Shown: positions 51,195 to 64,000 of the stretch, in pieces
Layout of the letters: each line of letters begins with the position of its first letter
How positions within the stretch are numbered: position 1 is the first letter of the stretch
DNA from: Adineta vaga
Taxonomy: Eukaryota; Animalia; Rotifera
Length of the DNA stretch: 64,000 nt
Reading direction: 5' to 3'
NCBI GenBank assembly: GCA_021613535.1
Contig: CP075493.1
Span: 15,066,001-15,130,000 of the forward strand
Translations under genes and position numbers: made by a program
The notes under the pieces: model-generated
What the model was told of the DNA's origin: nothing
The model's input: the letters and a program-made list of their open reading frames with translations, nothing else
Databases searched by the model: none

Positions 51195-54100
51195 TTAATT
51201 AGTTGATGGATTAAATGGTCCGACTGCTGTCCGTTTGCGGTTTTTAATCCTGAAAACAATATGAATGATGAATTTTGAGAGAATCTGTATTGGAATCGTT
51301 ATACCACCATATAAAGCCACAATAGTTGTTACTATATAAGGTATATCAGAATTTTGAATGTATGAATAAGTACAATGCAACGGACGACATTGCTCATAAT
51401 AATTTTGGTAAGAATGAGTGATATTCCATTCATTAACAAATAATCGATCGATCATTTGTTGAACCGTTTCATTTATTTGAAAAGAACTATTTAATAATAA
51501 AGATGAATTAAGTATTTGAAAATTATTCTCATTAAATATTTGTTTTCTAAAAGAATTTATTATTAAATCCAAACATTGTTGGTCGTATAAACATTCTAAT
51601 GATGATTGTAATAATGATTCAGTTGGATAACAACCAATAAACAAACCATTCAATTTTGAATTTAAATTATCATTAAGTATTACTTCTTGTGAGCATTTTG
51701 ATGAAGTAGCACAATTACATGAATTACCATAAGATTGAGGATTTGTATAGACAGGTGCGCTTGAATAAGTACCTAATAGAGTGAATTTCCAGTTTGTTTC
51801 ATATGTTGTTATAAGTGCATTACCATGAATGAAATTGTTGAGTATATTCAATGCTTGTTTAAATGTTTGAGGCATGGCTTTTTCAAAAGAATTAACAGTT
51901 GAATCAACTTGAATCTTTAACGAGTCCGAAGAAATTAATTGACCACTGGTTAATTTTGTTGAATAAAATTGTATAAGACTAGTATTAACAGTCTCTTGTG
52001 CTTGTTTACATAATGATGAAAGAATTTGAAATTGTGCTGAAGCTGTAGCATGATAATTTTTCTCATAAGTTTTCTTTTCATCATATAAATATTCAAACCA
52101 TTGTTGAGTGACAAAATCAGATGAACAGATTTGATGATAAAATGGATTAAGTTCTATAAATTGATTATAACTTATAGAAATATCAGTACAAGGACAATTA
52201 ATTGTTGTTAGATATTTCATTCGTAAATCATTATATTGATTTGAACTCTGTAATTGTACTTTAACAGTTATTGATTTTTGATTTAATAATATATATGATA
52301 GAAGAATAGGAAAAATAATGAATAAAATAATTATATAAAATCTAGTTGTATAAAACTGTTTTCTAATTGTATGATTATTTGTTGAACGCGTTTGAAATAA
52401 ATTCAAATTTAATAATTTTGTTTTAACTAGTGGAAATATTTGCCAAATTCGATCAGACAATGGTGTTGCTAAAAATAATTAGTATATAATTGAAAATGAA
52501 AATCTATATTGAGGGTTTGGGTGTATTAATATTATATTCTTCACCCCATACCCAAACTCACACCCTCAAGATGCTTAATATTGTACAAATCAAAAGCGAG
52601 AACAATTTCTTTCTATTGAATTCTCATATTGAATCTTTATATCAAAATAGAAACAGTATTATGGAAGCACACATAAAAAAAAATACCCGCCCAACGCTCA
52701 ATCGATCGAAGAATTCACAGAGATCAATCAAAAATTGTCTCTGCATTCATCTAGTCTGTTCTCTCGCTTCTGATAATGAAAATCAAAACATATATATTAC
52801 CTATTGTCTGTATGGGTTTTCGTCTAATAAAATTAATAATAGTTGGTATTAAAATCTTCATAATGATCGTTAAACCACCATATATTGCAATTAAATTTGT
52901 TAATATATAAATAGAACTTGGTTTTTCTTCAATGGTATATGAACAATAAGATGGTTGACATTGATCATAATATTGACTATAAGAATAGATTTCATTCCAA
53001 TCTTCAACAAATAAATGATTAATAAGTATCTCCATTGTTGTATTTGCTTGATATTGACTGGATATGGACGTATTCAATGGTTGTAAACGTTTATATATTA
53101 TTTCTGTTGGAATCATAAAAGACTTGATTGAATTTATACAATCTTCGCTGAAAAAACATTCTGTTGTTGATAATAATGATGTATAGATAAAAAAACAACC
53201 TTGAAATATTCCTAATAGATTATATTGTCTAGTAGAAGAATATAAAATCATTGGTTGTTTGCATAAGAAATCAGTAGCACACGAGCAATTATTCAATGTA
53301 CGTATAACTGAATGATATTCTACACCATACTTGCCACCAAAATGTGCGAAATAACCGTTTGTATATCTCTTATTAATCAGTTGATTTCCAGATATAATTC
53401 GCCCAATTAAATTTATGCGAAGTTGAAACGATCGTTGTGTTGTAGTTTTGAAAACTTCAATGAATGAAGTTATTTTACTACTAAATATATCGAACGAAAC
53501 AACTTCTGGTGTTAGATATTCATTTTCATTGAAGAGAATTAAACTATTAATTACTGTATCATCAGCTGCTTCACATAATATTGATATATAGTGAAAATAA
53601 AAACTTGATAGAAATCTAAAATTATCCCAACGTCCGTTACTAGTATCTTTCCAATATGTATTATCAGTCCATAACTCAGATACAAATATACTTGAACATA
53701 TTTGATGATATCTTGGTTGAAAAGAAATAAATTTATTGTATTTAATTGATATGTGGCTACATGGACATTGTAAATTATTAACTGAATCATTTTTAAGTTG
53801 TTCATATTGATTTTGTGTTGGATTATCAATATTTATGATTTTAGTTTGTTTATTTAATGATAAATAAACACTAAAAATACTTAATAAGATTGGTAATGCG
53901 ATCAAAAACAATCTTGTCGACAATAATTCATTTTGTTTTATATGTTCGTCGTTTGATTCACTCTGGAATATATTGAGATTTTTAATGAAATTGACACTTT
54001 GTTCCATTAACTGATTCCATCGAGTTTTCGTAGATACTATTCAGTATTTAAAAAAACCGGTACAATAAGAAAAAATAAAAGAGTGTCAAGTCTACAACGG

Positions 54101-55494
54101 GTGTGTGTGTGTTCTATTGTTACTTAAACTTACATCCACCCACACCCACACCTACACTGTCAATGAAACTTACCCCGAGATAAAATAACGTTAGTTTCTG
54201 CTTGAGGGTATTGACGTTTCTTGAAAAAAGAATTGACGATAACTAGAATGATAAATGGTAACAGACGTCTCAATCCACCATACAAGCTAATAATTGAAGC
54301 CAAAATAGACGTCCAACTTTGTCCTATTTCATCTGTATATTGACAATCTAATGGTTGACATTGATCAAAATAATCATTAAAAGATTTACTCGTAATCCAT
54401 TCTTGAATAAATAAATTATTTATTAATGTCTCATAAGTTGTTTGTGATACAGATAAAGATCGATTTAATTTAGAAAATGAATCAATTGATATTGATGTAT
54501 AATTAATATTATAACCAATTTGATTTAAACATGTTTCCTTAAATAAACATTCAATTGTTGAATAGAATAATGATTCAATAGGAGCACAACCAACGAACAC
54601 ACCAGTTAATGGAAATGTAGCATTAATCTTCCAAGTATTTGAATATTGCTCTATTCCACTGGTAGATCCAGCATAGTAATATCGAGTTATATTATTATAA
54701 ATACCTCCTGGCAGTTTACAGACTAGTGCATCAGTACAAACACAGGAGAAGGATTTACCTTTCGTTTCATAATAACCAATTGTACTTACCACTACATATT
54801 CAAGATCACTTTCTGCACAACAGTTAACAGTATATAATGTTCCCATTCCTGAAACGAAGAGATGTTCAAGAAGGATCCGTCGAATCAAGCTCAATATTTC
54901 GAGAAGTAATGGTGGTGTGGTTCGTTTGAACAGTTCAATAAATGAATTTGTTTGAATGTTAAATGTTTCTATAGAAATCAGTTGATTTGTGATAAATTGA
55001 TTGGAATAAAATTGAGTTAGACTGTAATCGACAGTCTGTTCTGCTTGTTCACATAACATACGAAGAATTTGAAATTGAGCTGAGGCACTATGACGAAAAT
55101 CAAGTTGAAAATAGTAACTACTATTTTCAAAAAATAAATAATCAATCCATTGTTGACTAACGAAATCCGATGAACAAATTTGATGATAAACTGGTAAAAT
55201 ACTAAGAAATTCTCCATATGGAATAGTAATTCGTTTACATGGACATTTTAATGTATTAGGATATTGTTTGATTAATTCGGTATACTGTTCTATAGTTGGT
55301 TTAAGAATAGAAATGGGAGTTATGTGAATAATTGATGCTATATAGAAAGCATATGCATACAAAATGATCATAAATAATATTAAATAAAGCCGACTTGATA
55401 GCAGTTCCTTTTTCTTAATATGTTCATCATCTGTTTCTGTGTTGTAAAAATTTTGATTGAATATATATTGACGAATTCGATAATATTTAAGCAT
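51195..55494 (-). CDS. Membrane protein of three tandem ~420-aa two-TM / Cys-rich ectodomain modules (~1276 aa)
   Basis: Exons 55494-54174, 54036-52801 and 52468-51195 are joined by phase-1 GT-AG introns. Each has RL/FY-TM, CPC..YHQICSS, YxxQCxP..CxY and YGG-TM. Confidence 0.8.
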
Positions 55495-57593
55495 CTTATT
55501 ATATCTAAAATAAAATTTCCAACATTTTATCGTACTATATTACGACGTCATCCATTTCGAGCGAGGAGGTGCTAAAACGTCAAAAGAGAAAATGTCGGAA
55601 ATATTTTTTTTCTAAAGTCCTTGATATCCACATAAAAAGTTAAGATTTCGCCCTCACCAACACTGTCGGTTTTTGTTACTTCGAAGTTACTAATTTTTGA
55701 CATTTTGTCTTTCAAAATTCTCACTTCGGATCTTTTGCAACTTTATTAGAAAGAGCTGAATTCATGAGTATAGGTTATCCCAAGAAAATTTTCATTCAAT
55801 GAGAATACAGCTAATTTGTTTTAAACGCTTGAGTTTATTTAGTGATCGACAGATCTGCTGGATATTTGACAGTCACTAGATGATACTATTCTAGTTCAGG
55901 TATTTTTCCCTTTCGTCATGCTTTATTTCCAAGTGTCATCGACTTTTTCCTATTTCACTTATCTCTATATAGTTTTCGTTTAGAAAATAAGGATTATGAC
56001 TCAATATCAATCAGTTAGATCAATCCTCCGCTGACAAGTATGAATAGATCGCTTAAAAATCCAAATGAAGAATCTCCGTTGCCAGTCTCGCTGCCTTTTG
56101 ATTCACGCGCAAAAACATTTACACGAATAACAGGAAATATGTAATCCTGCGTCAGGACACATGTCTTCGACTCTTGCTCAATTGAACATAACATCAGCTC
56201 TAATTCAAACTCAGATATAGACAGATACAAGTGATGTTCTCTTTTCAAGTTAAGTTTTCGCTGAAAAGTCTTCGGCTAAGTCTATTCCGAACGGCATCAA
56301 TGCATTGGTCAACGAGCTGACGAATTAATAAAATCGTACTTTTTAGCTCTAGTGGTTTTGAAACCGCCCATGGTCAGAATACTCAGTGTCAAGTGATGTT
56401 GCTTTTTTAGTTTCTTATTAGTTAATTTTCATCATTAGTAAATAAACCGTGCTGGTAATTCCCGTTCTTCTTCGAATTTCAACTTAGTGTCAATTTTTAG
56501 AGAAACTGACTATCTTCTGAGTTTTTTATTTCCTTTTTCGTCTAAAAATATTATCTACCACAGCTATTTAACTACCTCTGAGAATTTACACTATCTCTGA
56601 ATTGATAAAAATATTTATTAACACTACTTTAGACCGAACCCAAGAAACGTCATAGGCTAAGCCCTATTCTAGCACGATATCCTGGTTCCGCCACTAACTA
56701 GGATCATCAGAGTGTGGGTATTCACACTAAGATTTATACCCGACAGGTATGTTGTGCCGTCTTCGCTTGAACCTTCAGGGGAGAGAACACGTTGGTGTTT
56801 GTTTCGTGGTACCAACAATGTGGCAAAAGTTGCGGGTGTCACCTGTTCTCCGGCAATAATTTCTTTTTCTAGAACTGTGTCAGGCTTTCAAAACTTGATT
56901 GTTTTCTGGAAAGGCTTCTCAATTTTCCGAGAGTCACATGATTTTCCTGGAAAAGCAATTAATGCATCATATGATCTATTTCACAAGTGTTAACCATATC
57001 CCAAATGTCTAGGCGCATATGCACAAGGAATACTGGCCAAAACTATCTGTCATCCAGCACTTCAGGTGAAACTCCACCCAAGGGTTCTGATCGCGACTCC
57101 CCCTCTTAGCTGACATCGTTCGATGGAGAGTTGTATTTTCTATATATCCCGGAAGTCTTAGCGATATTTCAAGGCTCTAGGCGAACATCTGTAAGATAAA
57201 CTCGATTCCGCTGCTAACATTACCTACGTGTGAGGCTAGTACCCTTAGCGATGCGCAGTATCAGTGAAAACACTGAAAAACTGAGTGTTATACTGGCACT
57301 GTCGGCATTGAAAGTACACTGTACACTCGGTTCAGACAGTATCGGTGTAGCACTGATGCAGTGGACGTCAGTATCAGTTTATCGGTTTTCAGTACTCCGA
57401 ATAAGAGTTTTTCTGAAACCACAACAAAAGGTTCAGTAGAATACCAAAAGCTTCCAAATGCGTCAGAAGTCCCATACGAACGAACCTCGAAATCGACAGA
57501 ACTTTCGAAGCTTTTAGTATTCTACTGGATCGTTTGTTGTGGGCTCAGAAAAACTCCTTTTGTTTCAGAGTATACTGAAACTGCACATCCGTA

Positions 57594-57790
57594 CACTGTT
57601 AAAAAAAAAAGGAGTTTTACAGAACCTGTATCAAGGGGAAGATCCTTTGAGGTTTCGCAGCAATTTACTGAGCCTAAAAACGTTCGGTTGAATATTCACC
57701 AATCTTTTTTTAGTGTGACAAATCGATACTATATTTCAAAGTATCTTCCTCTAGATACAAATTCGGTAAAACTCCTTTTTTCTCACAGTG
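57594..57790. mobile_element. MITE with CACTG termini and TA flanks
   Basis: TA|CACTGTTAAAAAAAAAAGGAGTTTTAC ... GTAAAACTCCTTTTTTCTCACAGTG|TA. Confidence 0.75.
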
Positions 57791-60700
57791 TAAGTATCCT
57801 CATCTCAAGGATACATGAATATACATCGGAAAACAACTTTATATCGAAAAATTGAACATATTTTTCTGAAAAAAGATATCAATTGTTACTCGATAGAAGT
57901 AGATATTCTGGGTTTATTCGTAATATGGTTTCCGGCTTTTTATGTATACAAAGCAAGTAATAGTTTCAACACTATATTACTCTTAAAAATCTTTCTTCTA
58001 TCCAAAAAGTACTTCTAACAGCTATTCGATACTAAAATGTTTTTCCGCTATATAGTTGGTGGCTCTCTGTCTCTCTTTTCCCAAGAAAAAAAATAACGCT
58101 TCACTGCTGCCTTCGTTTTCTAATGCGTAGCAGCAGATGTAATGCTGCTCTTCGTTGTTTTCTGAGCAGTTAAGAAGATTGTTTTCTAGTTACATTCATC
58201 GTTTCTGAATTTTTCTGCCAAAAACGTAAAGGTAAATATAAATGAATATTCTCCTCAACCAGGTGCATATCGCAGAGCATTGCCTTTCCAGTTAGTTTTC
58301 AACATAATTATACATCCCTTACATTTTTCTTTGACGTCACCCTTTTATTATTATAATATGGTGAATCGACGGCAAACCAAACATTTTTCTTAAAAATTTT
58401 TTTTATGAAGTTTTTTTCTCTAGTTAAACTCACAGTCATTAGAAAATAGCTTTGTCTAAGGAGTTTCGCTTTTCGAAGGATCATAACTAAAATATCACTA
58501 TTTCGAGTTAAGTGGTTTTCTCAGTAAATCTTCAAAGTTCGTTTTGATTGAGAATGTCATGTTTTGGTTGCAATCCTTCGAAAAGATAAATGCTTTGGAG
58601 GTTTTACTAGTCAAGTATCCACTAACCTATGCTGAAGATCGGAGCTTGAAATATTCGAATAATCAGAGTAATCCATCGTCATTATAGTTGTTCAGAGACA
58701 ACAGTTTGAATCTTCACTATGTCAACTACTAATCAGGAGTTTGTTCTGCGAAAACTATTTTCTAACAACTATGCATTTGACTACAGGAATAAACTTCATG
58801 AAAATAAGTTTTTTCAGAAAGTGTTTGGTTTCCCACAACCGTGTCGTATTAGGAATTAAATATGTGTGTTATTTACTTTTCGATTTGTGACCGAGTACAT
58901 AATTCGATTAATAACATTTTTAGTGTTTGGTAAGAGTAAAACGTTTAAATATAGGAAGTACTTTTCAGAAGCAAGTTTGCAGTTTTATGAACCCTACTAA
59001 GCTAAACCTTAGAGGTGCGGAGACATGGTCTACAGTATTGACTAATATGTTGCTGAACTTATAAGTATTTCCGTAATAGAACTGTAAGCTGAAGTCTTGA
59101 TAGGCGACGATGGCTGATATTTTTCGGTATTTTTTTCAAAATTCCTTTTAGCTTTCAGAAATTTGGAAGAGAAAAAACGAGAATAATAATACCGGACATT
59201 CCGATAGAAAATTAGATTGGTAGAAACATAAAAGCTGCTTTTGAGCAGCGAAAATCTTCAAACATCTGATATTCACATTTATATCCCGACTGCGGCGCGA
59301 TTAAGAATGTTGAGTATCGACGGTCATGACTCCGAAATCTTCAAATTTGTTTACTTACCCATGACAAAGTCAGGTTTCTTTTTAAATCGGCGGCAACAGC
59401 TCCGCTGGTCGAGTTAAGGTTCTACCTCCATAATATGGTTCTTGATAAGCAATGCATACCTCTGATACTATAACAGTTGAGAACCTATGAAAATTATAAT
59501 AGATGAATTTTAATGGATCGAATAAATTCAGAAAGCAGAATGTCAACAAAAAGACGGGCAGCTTCCTTTTTCATATTCATCCTTTTAGGATTTGAAAATA
59601 ATCTGAATTCGAGAACGATTTTTATGTGAGAAAGTCGAAACATCTTTAGTTATACTAAGTTATTCGTAATCCTTTTTTTCTTGAGAATATGATGCGTCGT
59701 TAAATCCTCTCTAGTAAAAAAGTTTCAGATTTTTCAGCAAGAAGAGTGAATTTTTATGTACGCTTTTCCGTTTTTTTGCGAAATTTTGTTGCAAATATCT
59801 CTTTAGACCCTCGCCCCCAATCTTAGGACCTTCGCGCAGCCTCTAACCATACTCCTTTTTTTTTATTAGAATGTATGGATACCTCAGCAATCGATTAATG
59901 AGAGCAACAATAAAAACCATACGCTATTAAAGTGACTATTCACTAGAAATCGAAAATGCAAGAAATGAGAGAAAGATTAGAGAAATTTGCACGCTATATA
60001 TATCTATGATAAATACCAGATAGATGCCGACCGTTCGGGTTTGGCCGTTGTCAGAGAATTGTGAAGAGAGACTAGAAGTAAACCGAAATAAGAGATTTCA
60101 AAGTAGTGTAAGATAAGTCTACATACACTAAAATAGATGATTCACAAAATGCAAAATTACAGAGATTCAAGAGAAATTGATAATGTTAAAATAATCCCGA
60201 ACGCGAATTCGACCGAACTTTAGAGTGCGTGTATTATTGTTTATGTCTTCGAAAATGATTAAAGACTTATATCGATAATCGAAACTGTCTGAGTTCGTTG
60301 GATAATGCCCGTACCGTTTTAATTGAGCCTCGGAAGAAGGCCACTTTTAGTGCTCCAGAGTCGGCCTCGAATTATCTATGCCGATCCGACCTGAGAACGA
60401 TTTTCCTCCGTTAGTTAAAAGAGCTTCCGGCTGGTCTTGCTAACTGATGAAGTGTGTGCGGAAGATGTTGCAGGAAAACTAGTATGGTGCTCTAAACGGA
60501 ATAGTAATACACATTTTGAGGTATTTGTCTCTTCCACCAATTATTTAATTAACTGACTTTGAATGCTATGTCAAAACGCCATCATCACTGTCATCTTTTG
60601 CGCAATGCTTCTTTGTCAGTTCTCTAATAAAAGATCTTGAATTTTTCGTTTGTTGATATACAACATAACGATATAGTTCGTTTAATAATCGATGAGCATA

Positions 60701-61628
60701 GATGTGAGTTTTACTTATTTTGTAGTCGTTTATTCTGAGACTTTCGTTGGATCGAACCTCGAACTCACATTCAAATTTAATGTAGATAAGAATCGAAGAT
60801 GATTCATATGGAGCATACTTCTTTTTCGGTCTCAGATCATACGCATGTCTTTTATGCTAGGGATCAAAGTCAAGGTGTAGCTAGAAGTAAGTATAAAGAG
60901 AAAAATGAGAGTTCATAAAGTAATGGTGCCCTTCTAACGCTGAGCCTCCTTACAAAACTGTGCAGCGGTTCTCGTCTCACATTTTTTTGAAGCTGCCGTT
61001 GACGCATGTGAGCGTTTAATCCATCCTTGCCAAAAATTTATGAAGGTACCGCTAGGTCCCTGAACACCTAGTGATAACTACTATCATATACGATATGTCC
61101 AGCGAGGACTAAGAAATGAACCAAATTCTACGGACTCCATGGTCCGATGTGTGCGTAGATCGTTTAGCACATGGGTGATCGGCTGTGAATGCAGCGACAA
61201 ACTCAATGATACGGGACGTGATAGGAGCGAAAGGAAATCTACACGAAGCGGTTGGTATATAGACTTTTCCCATCGCATCATATCGACTCATAGAGTCTTC
61301 TATCTGAGATACATTTCATTAATACATCTTTTGGGGACAGAAAATCTGAAGAGAAATTTATTGAAAGACGACAAGAAATATTATATTTTAGTAATACATA
61401 AATGAGTCCTTAAGAAAGAACTCGGACTGATAATAGATAACCTAATGGAAATATATTTGTACTTTTCATGTTATATGTTTCAGATTTGAATAACGTTTTT
61501 TGTTAACAGTATATTAATATTATCCGAAGCATCTGTCACGTTATTATTGAAGTGGAATTATTATTGGTAACTTTCCATTAAATTGCTAACTGCAACTGTT
61601 TTCATCATACGAAGTGATTGTCGACACG

Positions 61629-63687
61629 ATGCGTGCCGTCCAAGCCATTATTGAAATAACAGGCACAGTGTTTGTGCTAGGGATATTGATTTTCTCATTT
61701 GTTTATTTCACTAAAAACAGAAAACAACAAACTTTATCCATAGGTATGTCTTTTTAGTTAATTTATCGAAAACACCAAAAGTTGTATTTTTGGTGTCTTC
61801 GATCGAGGTCCTTCCAAAAGAAGAATACATTCTAAAAAGACTCTCACTCATAAAAACCTGTAGAGTATTTTTGCCTGTTTTTGTCTCAATATAAATGTTT
61901 ATACAGGTTTTTCAGGATAAAATTTCCTAAAAAATCGAAAACTCTCGGAAACTTTTCACGCTTATTTTTGGCACGATAAATTAAGAACTGATTCAAACTA
62001 AAAACTTTTTCTAAAATCTAGTTCCAATAGCCTTTAAACTATAATGCATATTAAATTCCGGACACTTCGATAACAAGTTCAAGATTCTGGTTCTTTTCCT
62101 CCTACAAAATATTCAAGATTGTGTACCGAGTGCTGTTTGAGAATTATTTCTAAGTATATGATTATGATACATACTTATCTAAAACTATAGCTTCTCTGAG
62201 CTACTAATATGAAAATGGGTCTCTTGACGGTATTGCGATTCTTCTTTCAACCAAATCATTTATTTATGCGTTGTTTGCACTCTAGATAGGAGGAGATCAA
62301 TCTGCTACGTTAGACTGCCAAATTGAAAGTGATTTGGTCGTGAATTGGATATCTATAATGCTTTCTTTAAAAACGGGTATTCGATAGTAAACATTGGGTG
62401 AGTGGGTGTGGGTGAGAATTTATGGATGATATCTTCATAACTCATCCACACCCTGCGTCTATAGTAGATTGTGCTACATGTACATATGACTGAAGAACAG
62501 CAAGAAGAAAGTCAATGTAAACCATGTAGTAGCTGTGATATTATGCGATTTGAAGTCTCTTGTGTCTGTCTATTGCTTGTGTCTGAATAGTATAAACGAC
62601 ATTTATTTAATAGTCTTTTATTTTCAGGTACTTCAAACAGTACTACAATGATATTTGCAGGTATCACAAACAGTATTACAATTAACACGACAACTATTGG
62701 TTTGACAAGTACAGGTATAGCACATAGATGAGTTCATTTATATAAATATAAAACATCGTGTATTCGTACACATAGCTTTAAAAATGTATTATTTCAACTG
62801 AAAAAGTTAATTCTCCATGTTAAGAAAAATATGAGAAATATCCTTGACAAAGTATCGTCAGTTATCACTGAACACCTTTTATAAACAGATATTTAATGTA
62901 TCTAACTTCCTAATGAACATCATTTTGAACGCCTTTTCCGATCAAAACTGCCATTAAATGTGCATAATCTTACAGTTGTTCGAATCGTCCAAAAAGAAAA
63001 TACCACATAATCTCTGGATTAATCCGATCGTCAATCATGATTAGTGTTAACAAAAGTAGACAAACATCTTTCTGGAATCGTATTGGCTGATAGGAACGAT
63101 ACCTAACCAATTAAAGGGTGGATAAGGATATGAAGAAGATGGATCGTAAGCGATGAAAGTCTTCTTTTTTGCTGTTCCCTTATTTCACATCTTCATACTC
63201 TTCGGTTCACCTGTTATTTAAAAAAAAAAAACGATCAAATCAAATGAAGAAACTAACATAATTTTCTATTTATCAAATAGTTACTTCATTGGCAGTGCAG
63301 TCGAATTACTCTTCTACTTTGACAAGGTCTAGTTCAGTATATATCCGTCCCAAAAGCTACTGGTCAACATCAGGCTTTTTCTACGAAGCTATTGAAATCA
63401 ACGTAGCGACAACAGGAATGTATACTATCTCATCCGATAGCACTATGGATACACAGGGCTTTATATACAATAATAGTTTTAACCCTTCACTTCCGGATCA
63501 GAATTTAATGTCATTCGACGATGATGCTGGTGTTAATAAACAATTTATACTCACAGTTGTTCTTCAAGCTACGACAAAGTATATTTTATTTGTAACTAGC
63601 TATGCGGGAAATACATTAGGAGAATTTTCAATCATCGGACTTGGTCCAGCAACAATCAATTTTTCGGCAAGTAAGCAAAATATATAA
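61629..63687 (+). CDS. Membrane-anchored protein with Thr-rich stalk and PPC-like beta-sandwich domain
   Basis: TM exon ending 61743, Thr-rich exon 62628-62715 and last exon 63281-63687 (FYEAIEINV..G.YT..MDT.G..NL..DDD) are phase-1 compatible. The start is uncertain. Confidence 0.6.
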
Positions 63688-64000
63688 AATACAAACTGAC
63701 ACTATGAGAAAACTTTTATCCAATAAAAAGAATATTCTCGATATGTTTGTTGGTGAAAACTTTATCGTTAACATGAGTCGATAAAGTTATAGCAAGACTT
63801 TCGCGACATTCTGTTTGAGTATAACAAATTATACAGTCATCCAAAGAGACCGACTTGACCGAAAGAAATTCTAAGAACTTTAAGTCATCTATATCAGTTT
63901 TATAGACATTTATCGTTGTCGCACAAAATTTATTTTATGAAACACAATAATGTCAAAACTGGAAGGTGAATTCAACTATTCACTTGAACACCCTTCGTGC

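Noticed and set aside
60430-60485. Hammerhead ribozyme-like CTGATGA...GAAA (also ~31156)
   Set aside because: Stems II and III cannot be paired canonically.
56015-61405. Short ORFs in the gene-poor region
   Set aside because: No recognisable motifs or supporting splice structure.

Overview
AT-rich eukaryotic DNA with short (~50-60 nt) GT-AG introns. The gene families (LDLa/EGF-GPCR, NHL-repeat, TPR-ADP-ribosyltransferase, B-box coiled-coil) and TGTGGG-like repeats point to a bdelloid rotifer; this assignment is an inference. The window holds about 20 genes and pseudogenes, several resembling horizontally acquired genes, plus MITE/foldback elements. Main finding: an intronless 1233-aa gene (9733-13434, minus) fusing an ABA4/DUF4281-like membrane domain, a CYP74-like P450 and a lipoxygenase. 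It starts 50 bp after a ZZ-finger patatin phospholipase gene, and the junction reads AATAAA, polypyrimidine-AG, ATG. Together they look like a compact, possibly trans-spliced oxylipin-synthesis operon. Other notable items: a secreted DUF3990/ART-like protein ending in a CaaX box, a UBL(GG)-RBR E3 next to a USP gene, a B-box/Tpt1 fusion, a gene of three tandem two-TM modules, a ~430-bp-arm palindrome, and a dispersed family of short hairpins with telomere-like arms. All domain calls come from motif recognition by eye, not database searches.
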